This document shows, one piece after another, positions 12,909-27,109 of a stretch of 64,000 bases of DNA (the stretch's first letter is position 1; the number at the start of each line of letters is the position of its first letter). Source of the stretch: Proteromonas lacertae (Eukaryota); NCBI GenBank assembly GCA_002245135.1, contig NGBS01000292.1, forward strand, positions 558,001-622,000, read 5' to 3'. The position numbers and the translations under genes are program-made. The notes under the pieces are model-generated. The model was not told where the DNA came from and searched no databases. It saw only the letters and a program-made list of their open reading frames with translations.

Positions 12909-13045
12909 AACAATTTTACTAAATCATTTTTTTCTTTCTGCAATTTAATATGTGTATTGGGGATTGGATAGTTGATAAATACCAAAATTAACATTCAGAA
13001 AGTTCAAGCCAAGCCGATTGTATTTTTTGCTGTTTTGATTTATAT

Positions 13046-16000
13046 ATGAGTGAAAATAATATAAAAGTGATGAATAACCCTTTGTTATACTTTGTGTTAG
13101 AAGAAAAGAATGACAAAGTGTTTCTTAGTAAAGTCTTTTTTTACATTTTTACATCCAATCAGGATATTGACATAATTAGAGATACAATACGATGGCTATA
13201 TAGTGTGTCTGATGTTGACAGTATTGGTAAATTGTTTAATGCATTTACACTGTTTTTAGGTTTATTTATGAAAAATGTAAAGGAAGAGTATGTATTATAT
13301 GTTTATATTTAAATATTATAGAGTGGATCAAAATATAATATGTGATATAATTGACATTTATTGTGATTTTCTTGAATTACCAATTATTGAAATGAAAATG
13401 GTGTTTGATTCTGTACCTTACATGTACTATATCACATTAGAATTAAATGAAGCTGGAAAGCAGATGAAATTCTGTAGATTACTTCCATTACTTTCGTTAA
13501 ACTTGCCTAATTCTATTCAAGAATTAGTTATTTTATTTTATTACCAAATTGAAAACCCAAATGTACAATTTAGGGATGGTGTATTTAGTAATTTACCGTA
13601 TGGTTTGTATGGTAATTATTCAGTTGATTGTAGTGAAGAAGATAAAGTTATATTTGATTGTAAATGTGATAATAAAGAAATACAGTTTATTAAAAATGGT
13701 AATTACTATGATAGTGATTCAAAAGATGTAAATTTGAGATATATTGAATTGGATAATGATTATTTATTAATAACAGAGAATAAAAGTGATTATGTTGTTG
13801 CTGAAAGAGTATGTAAAGAAATGATTAGAACAAAGAAATTTTTGAGTTTGAATTGTGTAGTATTGAAAGGAGAAAAAAGATGTTTTATGAAAGGAGATAG
13901 AATGGAATTGGTATTGCTTGATTATGGAATTAATGATGAAAAATCAGATAATATTGGCAATAATTTGGTGATAATGAGATTAGGAAATAATGAGTTTTAT
14001 TATAATTGCCATAATCATGAGTTGAATCTTGTTCCTGACAAGAATAAAGAAATCAATTTGTTTAAAATAGAAGATGGAGAAGATGATCAGTTATTACAAT
14101 ATAATATTGTATTTTTAAAAGAGATAAATGAAGCAATTGAAATTAGTAGTGAAAAGAATAGAGATTCAGATTCCAATGATATATTATTGAATGAGTTAAG
14201 AATATATCATAATGATAAAATGGTCAATGATTATATATTTAGTTTGCCTTATATTGGTAAAGATTTAATTGATGTAAATGATTTAAAAATAGAAGTAATA
14301 AACAATGTAAAGTTAATTGAAAGAGAAGTTGAAGTAGAAATGTTATTGAAAGAAATGGGAAATCTATATGTATATGATGATAGATATTTCATTAATAAAC
14401 AAGAAATAGCTGAAGGAAAGTGTATTAGAATAAAAATGGATTTAGAGTTAATAAAATCATGGAACTGTTTTGAAATTATATTATCTGTATAATATATTTA
14501 TAATTTATGAGAATAGAAAAATCCATTAAAAAGATTGAATGCTATTAGAAAGGCAATGGAAGGCAAGGAATATTCACTACAATTTAATAAAAGAAGTAAA
14601 ATTTTTCAATTGTTAAAAGGAAATGATGTATTATTTAGAATAAGTATGATATTAGATGAGATAGAGAGAGTATAATTATTGTTTATAATGTAATTTAATT
14701 TTATATAGTTTTATATTGAGCTTAATCCAGAATCAGTAAATATTAGGTTAATAAAAGATCATGAAGAAAAGAATTGCTTTTTACACTATAGTCTAGAGAT
14801 TGAAAGGATAAAAAGAATTTTATTATCCACAGAAAATAATAAAGAGGTAAAGAAATGCAACTTTGAAATTGAAGAAAAGGATAAAGAAAATAACGAAAAT
14901 GAGTTTTTATATGATATAAAATCAGTTTTACATACAATACAGATTTCTAATATATCTTTTTCTGTTTCACATTTTTTCTTATTTATAAATTTCTTTAATT
15001 TGAAATGTAAAACCCAATTAATATACATCAACTAATAGCACATATAATTGATATAACGAATAAAAGAGGAATGATGTGTGTTTTGGATAAAACTTTTACA
15101 GGAGAATGCTTTATTCAGAATTGTGTAAGGAAAATTAGTTTTGTAGATAATTGTAATGTTTTTCAATACCAGTTAAAAAAAAGAGAAAAAAAGTTTACAA
15201 GAGAATATATGAATAAAAGAGTATCAATATTTCCATTTCTAAATGAATGGAATTATAAATCATTGTTATTATTGTCATTGAAGAATATAAAGCTTCTTTT
15301 CGATATTGTTAATAATTATGATGAAGATTTAGATACTTTTAACATAATTAATAACAATATAAATGTTATTAAAGAAAAAGATGATAAGAAGAAAATGAGA
15401 AATAATCCTAAAGCAGTTAATGAGAGTATTTTCAAGGATTATAAAGAAATAATGAAAAATATCTATCAGTATGACATGCAATGTTTATATCAACAAAATA
15501 TAACGGATTTAAAAATAATGAATGTAGAATCAGATGAATTGAAGAATCATGAAATAATAGGTTATAATAATGATAATACTATATCTTTTTTATGAATTAT
15601 TATTTAATATCTTTAATGTATATATGAATGTATAGTTATTTCGAGAGATTGTGAATTAAAAGATCCAATTACAAATTTGATAGATAAGAACAACTGCAAA
15701 GATTTTGTAGAAGGTGAAGAAACTATAATACTATATGGCGTATTAACTTCTTATTATGTTATAATCATAGAAAGAGATTGTTATTAGAAGAGAAAAGAAA
15801 GACAAACCAATTAAGCATATCATCGTATACATTTTTTATATATAGTTGTCAAATAGATTTGTCATATAGGAATTGAAAAATATAAAGCAATAAGCTTAAA
15901 TAATGACGTATTTAATCTAACAAATCATATAATATAGATGTGTTTGTCATTTACTCAATTTCCATTTTATACAACAGATGAAAAAGGAGATGTGTTATTA

Positions 16001-17686
16001 TATGATGATGTATTAGTTATTTATTTATTGTATAATATAGAAATTAAAGAAAATAAGCAAATCAAGTGATTCAGAAGAAGTAAAATATCCAATTATTGCT
16101 ATATCAGTATAATAATTTGATTATTTATAAACATGACTAGAATTCATTCCAAAAAGATTATGAAGTAATATGTGATGATGATGGAAAAATGCAATTAAGT
16201 GATAAGGAAATTTATATTAAAGATAGTGTTTGTATAAAAGCAAAGAAAGGTTCTTTTAAAGGCCAAATCGTAAAGACTAAAATTACAACTACAATATCCA
16301 AATTAGAATTACCATTAAAACCAATATCAATAGAATTTATTAATATAGATTTGAAAGTATTAATATATTTATGAATAATTATTATAGGGCTATTATGGAT
16401 TAAGTTATAAAAATAATAGTAACTGTTTATTTTTAAAGAGTAAAAACCATTTAGGATTAGTTGAAATAGATAAAAATGAAATAATATTTAGATATGATGG
16501 ATTAGGAATAAGAATGGCAAAAGAGAGTAAAACTAAAATATGTAGTAATCTTTATAAATCATATAAAGGAGAAGGATATTCTATTATGTTTGAAAAAGAC
16601 TCATCATCATTAGAATTTGATTATCAACCTGTTCATGTGTTAAATAAAAGTGTCATTATAAATGGAGATGGAGATGGTTTTTATGATATCTTTTTTTATT
16701 CTTTTAAATATAATGACTTTAATAGTTATAAATATAGAAAATAATAGAATATATGGTTCAAATGGAAAGAAAGATGGTGAATTCTATTTGAAAATCGGTG
16801 ATAAAATAAATGGAATAATATTCGGAAAGGAAATAGTATGATTTTTGAAATTTAAAACATATAATAGAATGATATACCAATCGATAAATTGTTTAATAGA
16901 CATGTTAATAAAAGATATTGTTTAATTGATAAACACAATTTATATTTAAACAATAAACTACTGGTATTATATAAACATTAAAATATTAATATTAGATAAA
17001 AGAATTATCATCATCTCATTTTGACGAGATTTATAGTAGTATTGAAGAAAAAGAAAAGCAAATGGATCATAAAGAAATAGAACAACAATTCATTTTATTT
17101 AATTTTTATAATTCTCCTGATTATATAAAATTCACCGTATTTGATTATCTTTATAAATTAATAATAGAAATATTCATTTAATACAAATAGATTATTATCA
17201 ATAATAATGAAACACCGAAAAGATGATTGTTTCGTATCAATAATAAGAGATATTAGACATCATATTTTTGTATGAATATTTGTAATTTCTTTATATTTAG
17301 ATATGTTATAAGGAAAGACAAATAAACATAATAGAGGAAATTGCAATAAATCAATTCATTCATAAATTCGATGATTTTTATCCAGTATCTATTATATACA
17401 GTAAAAATGATATGTATAATAACGAATATTACTTTTTATTTATAATAGAACTCTGAGTTGTGGTATTTTAAAGCATCTTAATAAACCACATAATAATTAT
17501 GATACAATTTTGAATGCTTATAAACAAAGCTTTCCAAAAGATATGATAAATTATCTATACTTGAAAGAAGATATTAAAAATCAAAAAATTGAAGAGTATA
17601 GAGATGTTGTCAGTAAAATTTCCAATGAATGTGAGACAATAGAATATGAAGAATGTAAATTGTGTAAAATGCAATGTTTTAAATAA
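13046..17686 (+). CDS. Large, highly spliced protein of unknown function (may be more than one gene)
   Basis: Co-oriented ORF pieces (13046-13312, 13290-14492, 15071-15595, 16189-16374, 16514-16744) are separated by regular GTAT...TAG introns. No recognisable motif. Confidence 0.45.
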
Positions 17687-17833
17687 TTTTAGAGAATGAT
17701 AAGCTTGAATTGTTTTTTTATTGATATTATTTTTCATTATTGAATTTATATTCGTTACACTATTACTGAGGCTATAAATAACTGATTTACCTAATTATTA
17801 AAAACCAGATAGTTTTTTTAAATTAACTCTTAT

Positions 17834-19957
17834 ATGATTAGAAATAACATCAGTTACTATCATTATCCAAGATGTTTTGGACAATATGCTATTATTACTA
17901 TTAATACCGTATTTTTAAGGATGTAATAGAATCTAGATTTGGTGCTTCATGTTATTAAGTTATGGAATAATTCTATTAAACAAGTCTTCATCAATAGGTA
18001 TCATTATTAAGTAGATATATCAATTGATTAGGGTTTGACATAATTCCTAAAGAATTACAGAATGTTGCTCATATTTGTTAGATTGTTGTTTATGTGTTAT
18101 ATCTCCTTCTAAAATACGTCAGATTGATTATCAGAGTGGATATATTGCATTGGAAAGAAAATATTACGAAATAGATTTGGAAGAAATAATTAAGAGTAGA
18201 ACGATAAGAAATAGGGATATTAGTAGTGTGATATGTTCAATATGTAATGATGTAATGATCTTGAGAGAATATGATATAATGATAAATAATCTGAAGAGTT
18301 CTAATGTGATATATGAGATAAATGGTGATGAGATAAAGATATGTGATTTATGTTTTAATGAATTGAGAAAAGAAGATGAAATGAGATTATATGACATATG
18401 CTTCAAAAAGCCCAGAAGAGTTGAATGGATTAGAATGTAATGAGAGAAGTGTGATTTGGTCAATAGGATGTATATTACATGAAATGATAAACAAGAAATT
18501 ACCATTTAATGAAAATGATAATATGAATAAAGTAATGAATAATATTATGAGATGTAAATACAGTTGTGATATGAAATGTGATGGTATAATGAAAAAAATG
18601 ATAGAAAGAATGTTAAAAGTGAAAAGTGAAGATAGAATGAGTTTGAAAGAATTGAAAAAAGAAATGATAAAAATGAGTGAAATGTTGAGAGATAATGATA
18701 ATTATTTAACAATGTTTAATGAAAGAAAAAAAATATTTTACAATAATGATTATATGATGGAAATATCACCACTTACTACTTCTCAAGGAGAATATTATCT
18801 TGAAGGAAACAAAAGAGAGAATATTCGAGATGAATTGGTTGAATATTACAATAATAAACCAAACGAAAGAATATTATCGATGCTATTGATGATGAGAATA
18901 TATAAAGGAGATTATGAAATGATTAGACAAATGAAGTTCCATGTTTATGATGGTTGTAAAGATATTAATAGTGAAGAATCTTATTTAGATTACATTTTAT
19001 TCACAATTTGTCTGAGTTGGTATGGTAATGATATAATCAAGATTTCTGAACAAAATTTCTGTTGTTGTGAAAAAGGAATTGATTATTTCTTCAGAGTATT
19101 TAAACTTATCAATCCAACAAAACTTGAATTTAGTATATTTCTAACTATTTTTATTTATTTAGAATTAGAATATCTTACCATGTCATTCAAACATCAATCC
19201 TTCTTCGGATCATGTTTTAGTCAACTATCAAATTTACATGAATTAAATTTATCACATTGTAATTTCAATTATCACTTCATTGAATCGTTTGTTCAGTCAA
19301 TATCTTATATGAAATTGAAATATGTTAATCTTACATGTATTTATTATTCACTTTTTCTATTACTTTGAAATAGACAATCCAATTGGTCCAAAAGGATTGA
19401 AATTACTTTTGCCATATTTACATTTATTAATTAACGAAGATAATGTATTGATCTTTGTGCAATGTATTTAAATGATGAATCAATGATATTATTATCATCA
19501 GAGTTATATAAACATCCATATGTCGAGAGAATAGATATTATGGACAATAAAAATATTCATTATGCTGGATTAAAAACCTTATTCTCCAAATTTCCTATTT
19601 CAAAAATTATATTTGATTTGAATGGATGTAAAGAATTATTAGTTGATAAAGATATTCCAACATTAATTAATAATGATTATGATGTCTTAAAACTGAATAA
19701 TTACGAAATTGATGATGTTTTTTTAAAAGTTATTCATTTTTATCAGATCAAATGAACTTAGACAAATAAAAGTGTTAGATTTAAGTTGATTAATGAAAGA
19801 GAATAAAGTAATATTTGATTGTTTAAATGAATTATCAGATAAATTAGAATTGAAATCATTTCTAGAAACATTTCCAGCAATTGGAATAATCAAGTTATAT
19901 GGAATAACAGAAGAAGAAAAGAAAGTAATTAGTAGAGTATTTCTAAATGTTAAATAA
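17834..19957 (+). pseudogene. Degenerate protein kinase plus LRR (RNI-like) gene with stops and frameshifts
   Basis: Eroded kinase motifs: NNLKSSNV for HRDLKxxN, IKICDLCF for DFG, SPEE and SVIWSIGCILHEM. LRR-like repeats follow (LHELNLSHC, LKYVNLT). Frame changes near 18390, 19445 and 19725, plus in-frame stops. Confidence 0.6.
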
Positions 19958-20218
19958 TTTAGTTAATATTTCATATCCATCTATTTCTTTTCACCTATGA
20001 AACACCATAAATACATTCTCTATAAGTGAATCATCAAAACAACTCAATCATAACGATTATAAATGTGAAAATAATGAAATATAGATATATCTAAAATGTT
20101 TTCATTTCACATACAAAAACTCCTCACATAAACAAATCATAATAAAAATAATAAAATAACAATAAATATATATAATAATAATATATATTTTCTAAATAAA
20201 CAAAAACAAAATAGATTT

Positions 20219-23200
20219 CTAAGGTGAAGCAGATTCTAATAAATCATCAAAACCATTCTCATCATCAGAATTACTATTAGGAGTTCTGGCAGATAAATGA
20301 ATTCTAGGAGGTCTATTTCTCATATGATTATTAGATCGATTATTCAAATTAACCAATGGCCTTGCATGTATAGTATGTTGAATACGACGACTATTATTTT
20401 GATTTGTTGTTGTTGTTGTTGCAGCTGCAGTTGGAATTGAATGAATTGAACCTTCAGAGGAGTTAGTAGAAGTGGTTGATGTTGTTGTTGTTGTAGTAGT
20501 AGTTGAAGTAGTTGAATGTTGAGTTGCTGTTGTAGCAGGAGGTGCATTATTGTTATCTTCATCATCGGTAATATTAATATGATTTAATGTATCTTTATAA
20601 CCAGTTAATATACTTCTATTCATATAATAATAATAATAATAATAATAATATATATTATACGCTATATCTCGATTTTCTTCTAAGGAAAATCTTCTAATAT
20701 TACGATTATATCCAACATTTCTATTTCGACTTATTTCATCTAAACCACTCATTAATGATCTTTGTCTATGATGGCCAACACTATTATTATTATTATTATT
20801 AAATCCAACTCCTCTTGATTGTGGTGTATTACTTCGACTTTTACTACTGTCACTAAGATATTGCATTGCCTTATGTTGTGGCTGAGGAGTCATTGTTCTA
20901 GTATGTTGATATGGTGATTGAGTAGGTGTATTACTATTGGAATGTTCTTTTAAATATTGTTGGAACTGTTGCTGTGAGTATGATTGTTTCTTACTATGAT
21001 GGTGATGATGATGACCATCAGCAATTGGTGTTGATGTAGATGTATTATTATTGGCTGGTGGTGGTGAAGGAGATGGAGAAGTTGTTGGAAAAGATGGTGG
21101 TAAATTCTGATTATTGTTATTATTATTACCATCACTAAGATATTTGTTCTTCTGGGGAGTTGATTTCATTGAAGTTGTATCACTATAACTTCGGATTATA
21201 TTCTCTGGACTGTTGTTGTTGTTGTTGTTGGTTGTATAACCATCTTCATCTAAGATTCTCTTGATTTGAGGTGCTGGTTTTGCATTAATAGGAGTTTGTT
21301 GTTGTTGTTGTGTTGATGGTTGATTCATTCGCGTTTGTTGAGTTTGAGCTCTCTGTATTTGAGATGTAACTATTTCATTTTGTTTTTTCTCTTGCTGTTG
21401 TTGTTGTTGTGGTGGTGGTAATTGTTCTGATTTACTTTTATTAATGATTGGTGGATTACTCTTCATTATCATATTCTTCTTCTTCTTATTTTGTTGTTGT
21501 TGTTGTTGCAATGTTGGTTCTGGTGGTGGTGGGGGAGGTCTTTGTTCATTTTGTACTGCAGGACGTGTTAATCGTTGTTGAAGTGTTTTAATACTATTTT
21601 CACTTTCTAATTGAGGTGTTGTATTATTATTATTTGTTGATCTTGAAGGAGGTGGTGTTCTTTGAATTGGCCTTTGATTATTATTTGAATTAGCAGCAGG
21701 AATTTGCCTTTGTTGATTTTGTCTTTGTGGTAATGAAGGATGTAATGGTAATTGAATATTATCATCATCATCACTTTCACTTTCTTCAGTTGAATCTCCA
21801 AAATCTGCACCAGTTGCATCTATTTCTAAACCACCACCACCACTACCATTCATATAATTACCATTGTTGTTGTTGTTGTTGTTGTTGTTTGTACCATCAT
21901 TTACTTCAGGTTGATATGCAGTAGTTTGATTATTATTATTATTATTTCTATTTCTTATTGTATTAATTTGTCTTACTGTTAAACTAATAGTACCGTGTTG
22001 ACCTAATATACTTGCATCATAAGTAGCTGGATTATTAATTATCCCATAAAATGATTCATCTAATGGAACACTATCTGGTATAGTATCAATATGTGGATGT
22101 ACTGGTGAATTATTATCATTATTCATATAATCTTCAATATCATCTTCTAATAAAGAATCTGGATTAAGGTTACTACTTCTACTAGGTGTATTTAAGGATG
22201 ATAATCTGGAGGATCTTCTACGTGTTGAAGCTGGTCTTCGTAAATTATCATTAGGTAAGATAGAAGGATCAAATGTTGCTGATATATATGCAGGACGTGA
22301 TAAACGATGGTATATTTCATTTTCATTATTATCACCATCTGCACCATCATAATTATTATTGGAAAATTTATATTTACTGATTTCAGGAGCAATATCTACT
22401 AGTATTCTACCAACTCGATCTATCATTGGACTTATATAATTTACAAACTCCTTCAAATCATTATCATTCATTTTACATTGACCATTTTCATAATCACTAC
22501 AGATAGATGATAACTCTTCTAAAGATGGAATTATTCTCTTTACAAGTGATGGTAATGTTTGAAATACTGCTTCAGGAGTATCAATATCAGGTTGTGGTGG
22601 ATATTTCGCTGTTGGTTGATGAAATGAGAATGGAGTTGGTGAATAGTGAGAGGATAAATAGGAATGCAATGTTTTAGTACGGAAGGGAGCAATACGATGT
22701 GATCTCTAATATGATATAATAATAATAATAATATAATAGAAAATAAAAATAAGAAATAAAAAAAGAAAAGAATGAGAAATGAATGAATAATTGTATAATT
22801 AATACCTTATGAATCCATTCATCCCATATAAAACTCCATCCATTGAAATGAACATATACTTCATCATCATTTACATCGATTATTGTGGCTTCTAACCAAT
22901 GTTGCGCTGAATCTAAACAATCTATCCATTGACCTATAAAATATTGTAATTTTTTAGTTGATTGATAAGAATCTGGAGGTAAATATTCTAATGGTGAGGG
23001 TGATTCGAATAAATGTTGATATTTTTCATTCTGAATTGACGAAATGAGGGTTTCAATAGTTAATATACTCTATACATAATATACACAAGGTATATACTTG
23101 TCTAACTTCTTCAAATCTAGTGGCTAAAGGGGATATTGTTGAATCGCCACTTTGTCTTTCAGGCCTTCTACATCCTGCTGCTGTCATTACGATTGAGGTG

Positions 23201-23662
23201 ATTATATTACCCATTCCGTATTCGTATAAATTGATTCCTGGAATAATTACTGGACTAATAACTGGAATTGGATCAGTATCTATGATCAAAAATTATAACT
23301 TTTAAATATACCTGGAATGTTATGCGGAGAGTCCCTAAATTCGCCATATCTCTTAATAACGTGAATGGTTGTACCTGGTTCGATTTTATACCTAAAATTA
23401 ATAAAATAAAAATTATACGATGCCACTGTACCATTTCCTACTAATGGCCTACCTCTGTAGATCAATCTTTGCTGGTCAACAGGGATCCGAAGAGATTTTT
23501 CTGCCAGTTTTTTTATATCATCTAATTTCATATTCTATAATGGATTAATAAACCATTACATACAAATTTTACTGAAATTCCTGTTTTAACGGTCTCTTCG
23601 TTAGGTGTCTGAAAATAAATGATATATTCACCAGATTCATCATAGGAATTATTTGGAAGCAT
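20219..23662 (-). CDS. Ubiquitin-like domain + Tudor-knot/MBT-like domain + long N/Q/P/T low-complexity tail
   Basis: UBL segment IPVDQQRLIYRGRPL...TTIHVI. The exon near 22806-22950 reads GQWIDCLDSAQHWLEATIIDV...VYVHFNGWSFIWDEWIHK, continuing RSHRIAPF after an intron. The downstream ORF is 816 aa. Confidence 0.7.
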
Positions 23663-23837
23663 ACCTATATCACTAAAAAACAAGATAGAATCAAAATCAA
23701 ATAAAAGGTGTTTGAAAAATATTCGTTACACGTTATTTCTAATATTCAACATTATGACTTAAAATCCTCAAAGTTACTTTGTAGTCGCTTGTTCATTGCT
23801 AGTTTTAAAACCCTATAAACACAAAGGAATTAGTGAT

Positions 23838-23856
23838 GAGCTATCATTAGAGCATT
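23838..23856 (-). promoter_or_regulatory. RPS16 3' arm (sense AATGCTC...AGCTC), complementary to its 5' arm
   Basis: Plus strand has GAGCT at 23838-23842 and GAGCATT at 23850-23856, 28-46 nt past the stop codon. Confidence 0.5.
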
Positions 23857-23883
23857 AGTAATAAAAATAACAAAATATATCCT

Positions 23884-24525
23884 CTATCGGTATGACTTCT
23901 GTTTTCTTGCACGGGCTGATGGACCACCGAATTTCTTTGGTTCACATCTACGTGGATCTGATACAAGTAAAGATCTGTCATAGGTTACTAAAGCATCTTT
24001 AATGTCACGTTTTTCTTGTTCATTAACGTCTAATTTAATACATAATTATTATTGTATATATATATATATACATTTTTGATAATATGAAACTACACCACGT
24101 GCAATAGCTTGACGGATGGCTATAACAGAATTAGAATGAACGAATATTTAATTGATAATGTATACCATAAGCTTGGGCTACTCTACCTCCTCCATTTACT
24201 CTGATTCTTACATCTAAGTTTGCAAAACGATCTTTTCCTAATACAAGGACTGGTTCGATGGCTTTAAGATTTAAAGTTTGTGGGGTAATTAAAGAAATTG
24301 GGAAACCATTTACACGAATAACACCTTTACCTTTAGCACAATGGGCAACTGCGACGGCATTTTTCTAGATATAAAATTAATATAAAATTGTATATTAGAG
24401 GTTAATAATTTGATCAGTAGAGTTTAAAAATAATATTAATATTTTATAATGTAGATAAAAGTATGATAAATGCAAATATATACCTTTCTGCCGAAGCATT
24501 GAACTGATTGCTTAGCTTCTTTCAT
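23884..24525 (-). CDS. RPS16: 40S ribosomal protein S16 (uS9), 3 introns; absent from the ORF track
   Basis: Spliced translation [34 protein letters not shown]...[25 protein letters not shown]...[32 protein letters not shown]. Confidence 0.97.
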
Positions 24526-24538
24526 AATTAATTAATAA

Positions 24539-24554
24539 AATGCTCCTTAAGCTC
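24539..24554 (-). promoter_or_regulatory. RPS16 5' arm (sense GAGCT...GAGCATT)
   Basis: Plus strand has AATGCTC at 24539-24545 and AGCTC at 24550-24554, 14-29 nt upstream of the ATG. Confidence 0.5.
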
Positions 24555-24749
24555 GATAATGAATGAGCGGGATACATTCCTATTTAAAATCCTCTTTCCA
24601 AACCTTTGCCGAAATATATCCGTTTTCTCTTCGTATGTGATTGCTTCTTTCTTAATAAGGGAAGAGAAATCTTGCGAATCTAATCCCTCCTTCTCTTACC
24701 TATCACTTCTCAAAGAGTTACGAATTATTGTTTCGATTAGTTAAACAAC

Positions 24750-25919
24750 ATGCAAACAGAAACTTACACAAGCAGCACAAACGGTATTGCAGATAATTTG
24801 AGTGCAACAAAAACTATTAATATCATTGCTGTACCAAGTTTGATTGAATTGACAAGTACTATAACTATACTCATATTTTAACAGGTGTAGAAAAGAGTGA
24901 AAGACTTCTTCAAACTTTACGAGGGTATATTTGAAGAATATATATTTGCAATCATTATAGGATGAATTTAACCTTAGATTCTGTAAATCCAACTGTATTA
25001 AACAACTTTACATGTTTACCTACTTATGCGATATTATTCATATTGTATGATTTCAGTATACGTCAACATACTGCTGATAATGTGAGCAATCATTTACAAT
25101 CCTCCATTAATTTCATTGTTTCAGAATCTCAAATTCCATCCAATTTGAAGTTACCATTTTATGAACAACAACAACAATGTATAAATAATAATTATTACTA
25201 CTGTATATAGCTTTAAGAGATCCTAGAGTAATTCAACCTCCCTATTCAATGCCGATGGAACCAGTTGCTTCCTATGCTATACCACCAATGCCACCACCAG
25301 CACAATCACAACAATCTCAACCATTATCATCCTCTTCACCATATGATTATTATTCATCTTATCCTCCTTATGATAACAGTAATAATCATATTTATCAATC
25401 ATTACCACCTTCTACAAATTATCAGCATATTATTCCACCTCATCCATTACCTCAATCTCACAATCATTCTTCTAATGGTAGTTCAGCATCTTCAACCTCA
25501 TCTTCATCTTCTTCTCACTCTATTTATAATGGATTAAAGAGCAGTAACGATGAATTCAGAAGCAGAAGTCGATCTCCACCAAGACATCCTTCATCTCCAG
25601 TCCATTTACCATATGAGTTAGATCTTTATTATAGGGATTTAATTAGAGCTGTATATATTGCTAGTAATATATTAATATAGGGTAAAATACCAGAAGGAGC
25701 ACTAGATAATCGATCATTGAAAGCTGTTGAAGATTTGGGAGTTTCTAAAGGAAAAGATGCATTAAGAGCACTTTCTGAAACTAATATATATGCTATTAGA
25801 AATGTAAAGTATGATTTAATTTTGATTATTTGTTAATTTGTAGTTCATATTTCATGAAGATTGTACAGAGATGTAGAACTGGTTATCTTATATTAGATGG
25901 AGTTAAAAGAGGAAGATAA
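24750..25919 (+). CDS. Pro/Ser-rich protein with a C-terminal hnRNP-Q acidic-domain-like helical domain
   Basis: Last exons read GKIPEGALDNRSLKAVEDLGVSKGKDALRALSETNIYAIRNV..YFMKIVQR, resembling the hnRNP Q/R AcD pattern (LD.RA..AL......A...L.......V.NKSAF). An RSRSRSPPR motif lies upstream. Confidence 0.5.
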
Positions 25920-26074
25920 TTTGCTGAGAGAGATATTTAATTAAGAGAATTAAGGAAGGAAAATTATTATATAAGAATTAGCTACTAGCATATTACTATT
26001 TTTATTGTTTGTTTATAAATTTCACTAAAAAAAGGACTAAATTTTCAACCCCAAAACCAAACATAACAATATTA

Positions 26075-26093
26075 GTAATCAATAGAGCATTAT
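26075..26093 (-). promoter_or_regulatory. RPL10 3' arm (sense ATAATGCTCTAT-TGATTAC), complementary to its 5' arm
   Basis: Plus strand has GTAATCA at 26075-26081 and ATAGAGCATTAT at 26082-26093, 15-33 nt past the stop codon. Confidence 0.6.
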
Positions 26094-26107
26094 CTTCAGT
26101 GTACTGT

Positions 26108-26877
<770 letters not shown>

Positions 26878-26893
26878 TATGCAATAATTTTAT

Positions 26894-26918
26894 ATAATGC
26901 TCTATATGAAATGATCAC
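26894..26918 (-). promoter_or_regulatory. RPL10 5' arm (sense GTGATCA-tttcat-ATAGAGCATTAT)
   Basis: Plus strand has ATAATGCTCTAT at 26894-26905 (exact reverse complement of 26082-26093) and TGATCAC at 26912-26918. Confidence 0.6.
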
Positions 26919-27109
26919 GTATAGGTATTACAAGAATGATTGATTATCAAGGACTTTTTATTATCACTTAACAAAACACTTTGCTTGACTGGCTTGAATT
27001 TTCAAATTCTCTATTCTTCGTTTACAGATATTGGTAAGATATGTGTTTATTGTTTATGAAGTAAGCTCGATAATATATTTTTTTAAAACACAATTAAACA
27101 AATATAAGT

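Noticed and set aside
20340..22000. CRISPR-like or satellite array
   Set aside because: Only (TTG)n, (TTA)n and (TGG)n microsatellites encoding poly-N/Q/T/P. There is no repeat-spacer structure.
23833..23860. C/D box snoRNA (GTGATGA) downstream of RPS16
   Set aside because: No D box or terminal stem at a suitable distance. The segment is better explained as the RPS16 3' arm on the other strand.
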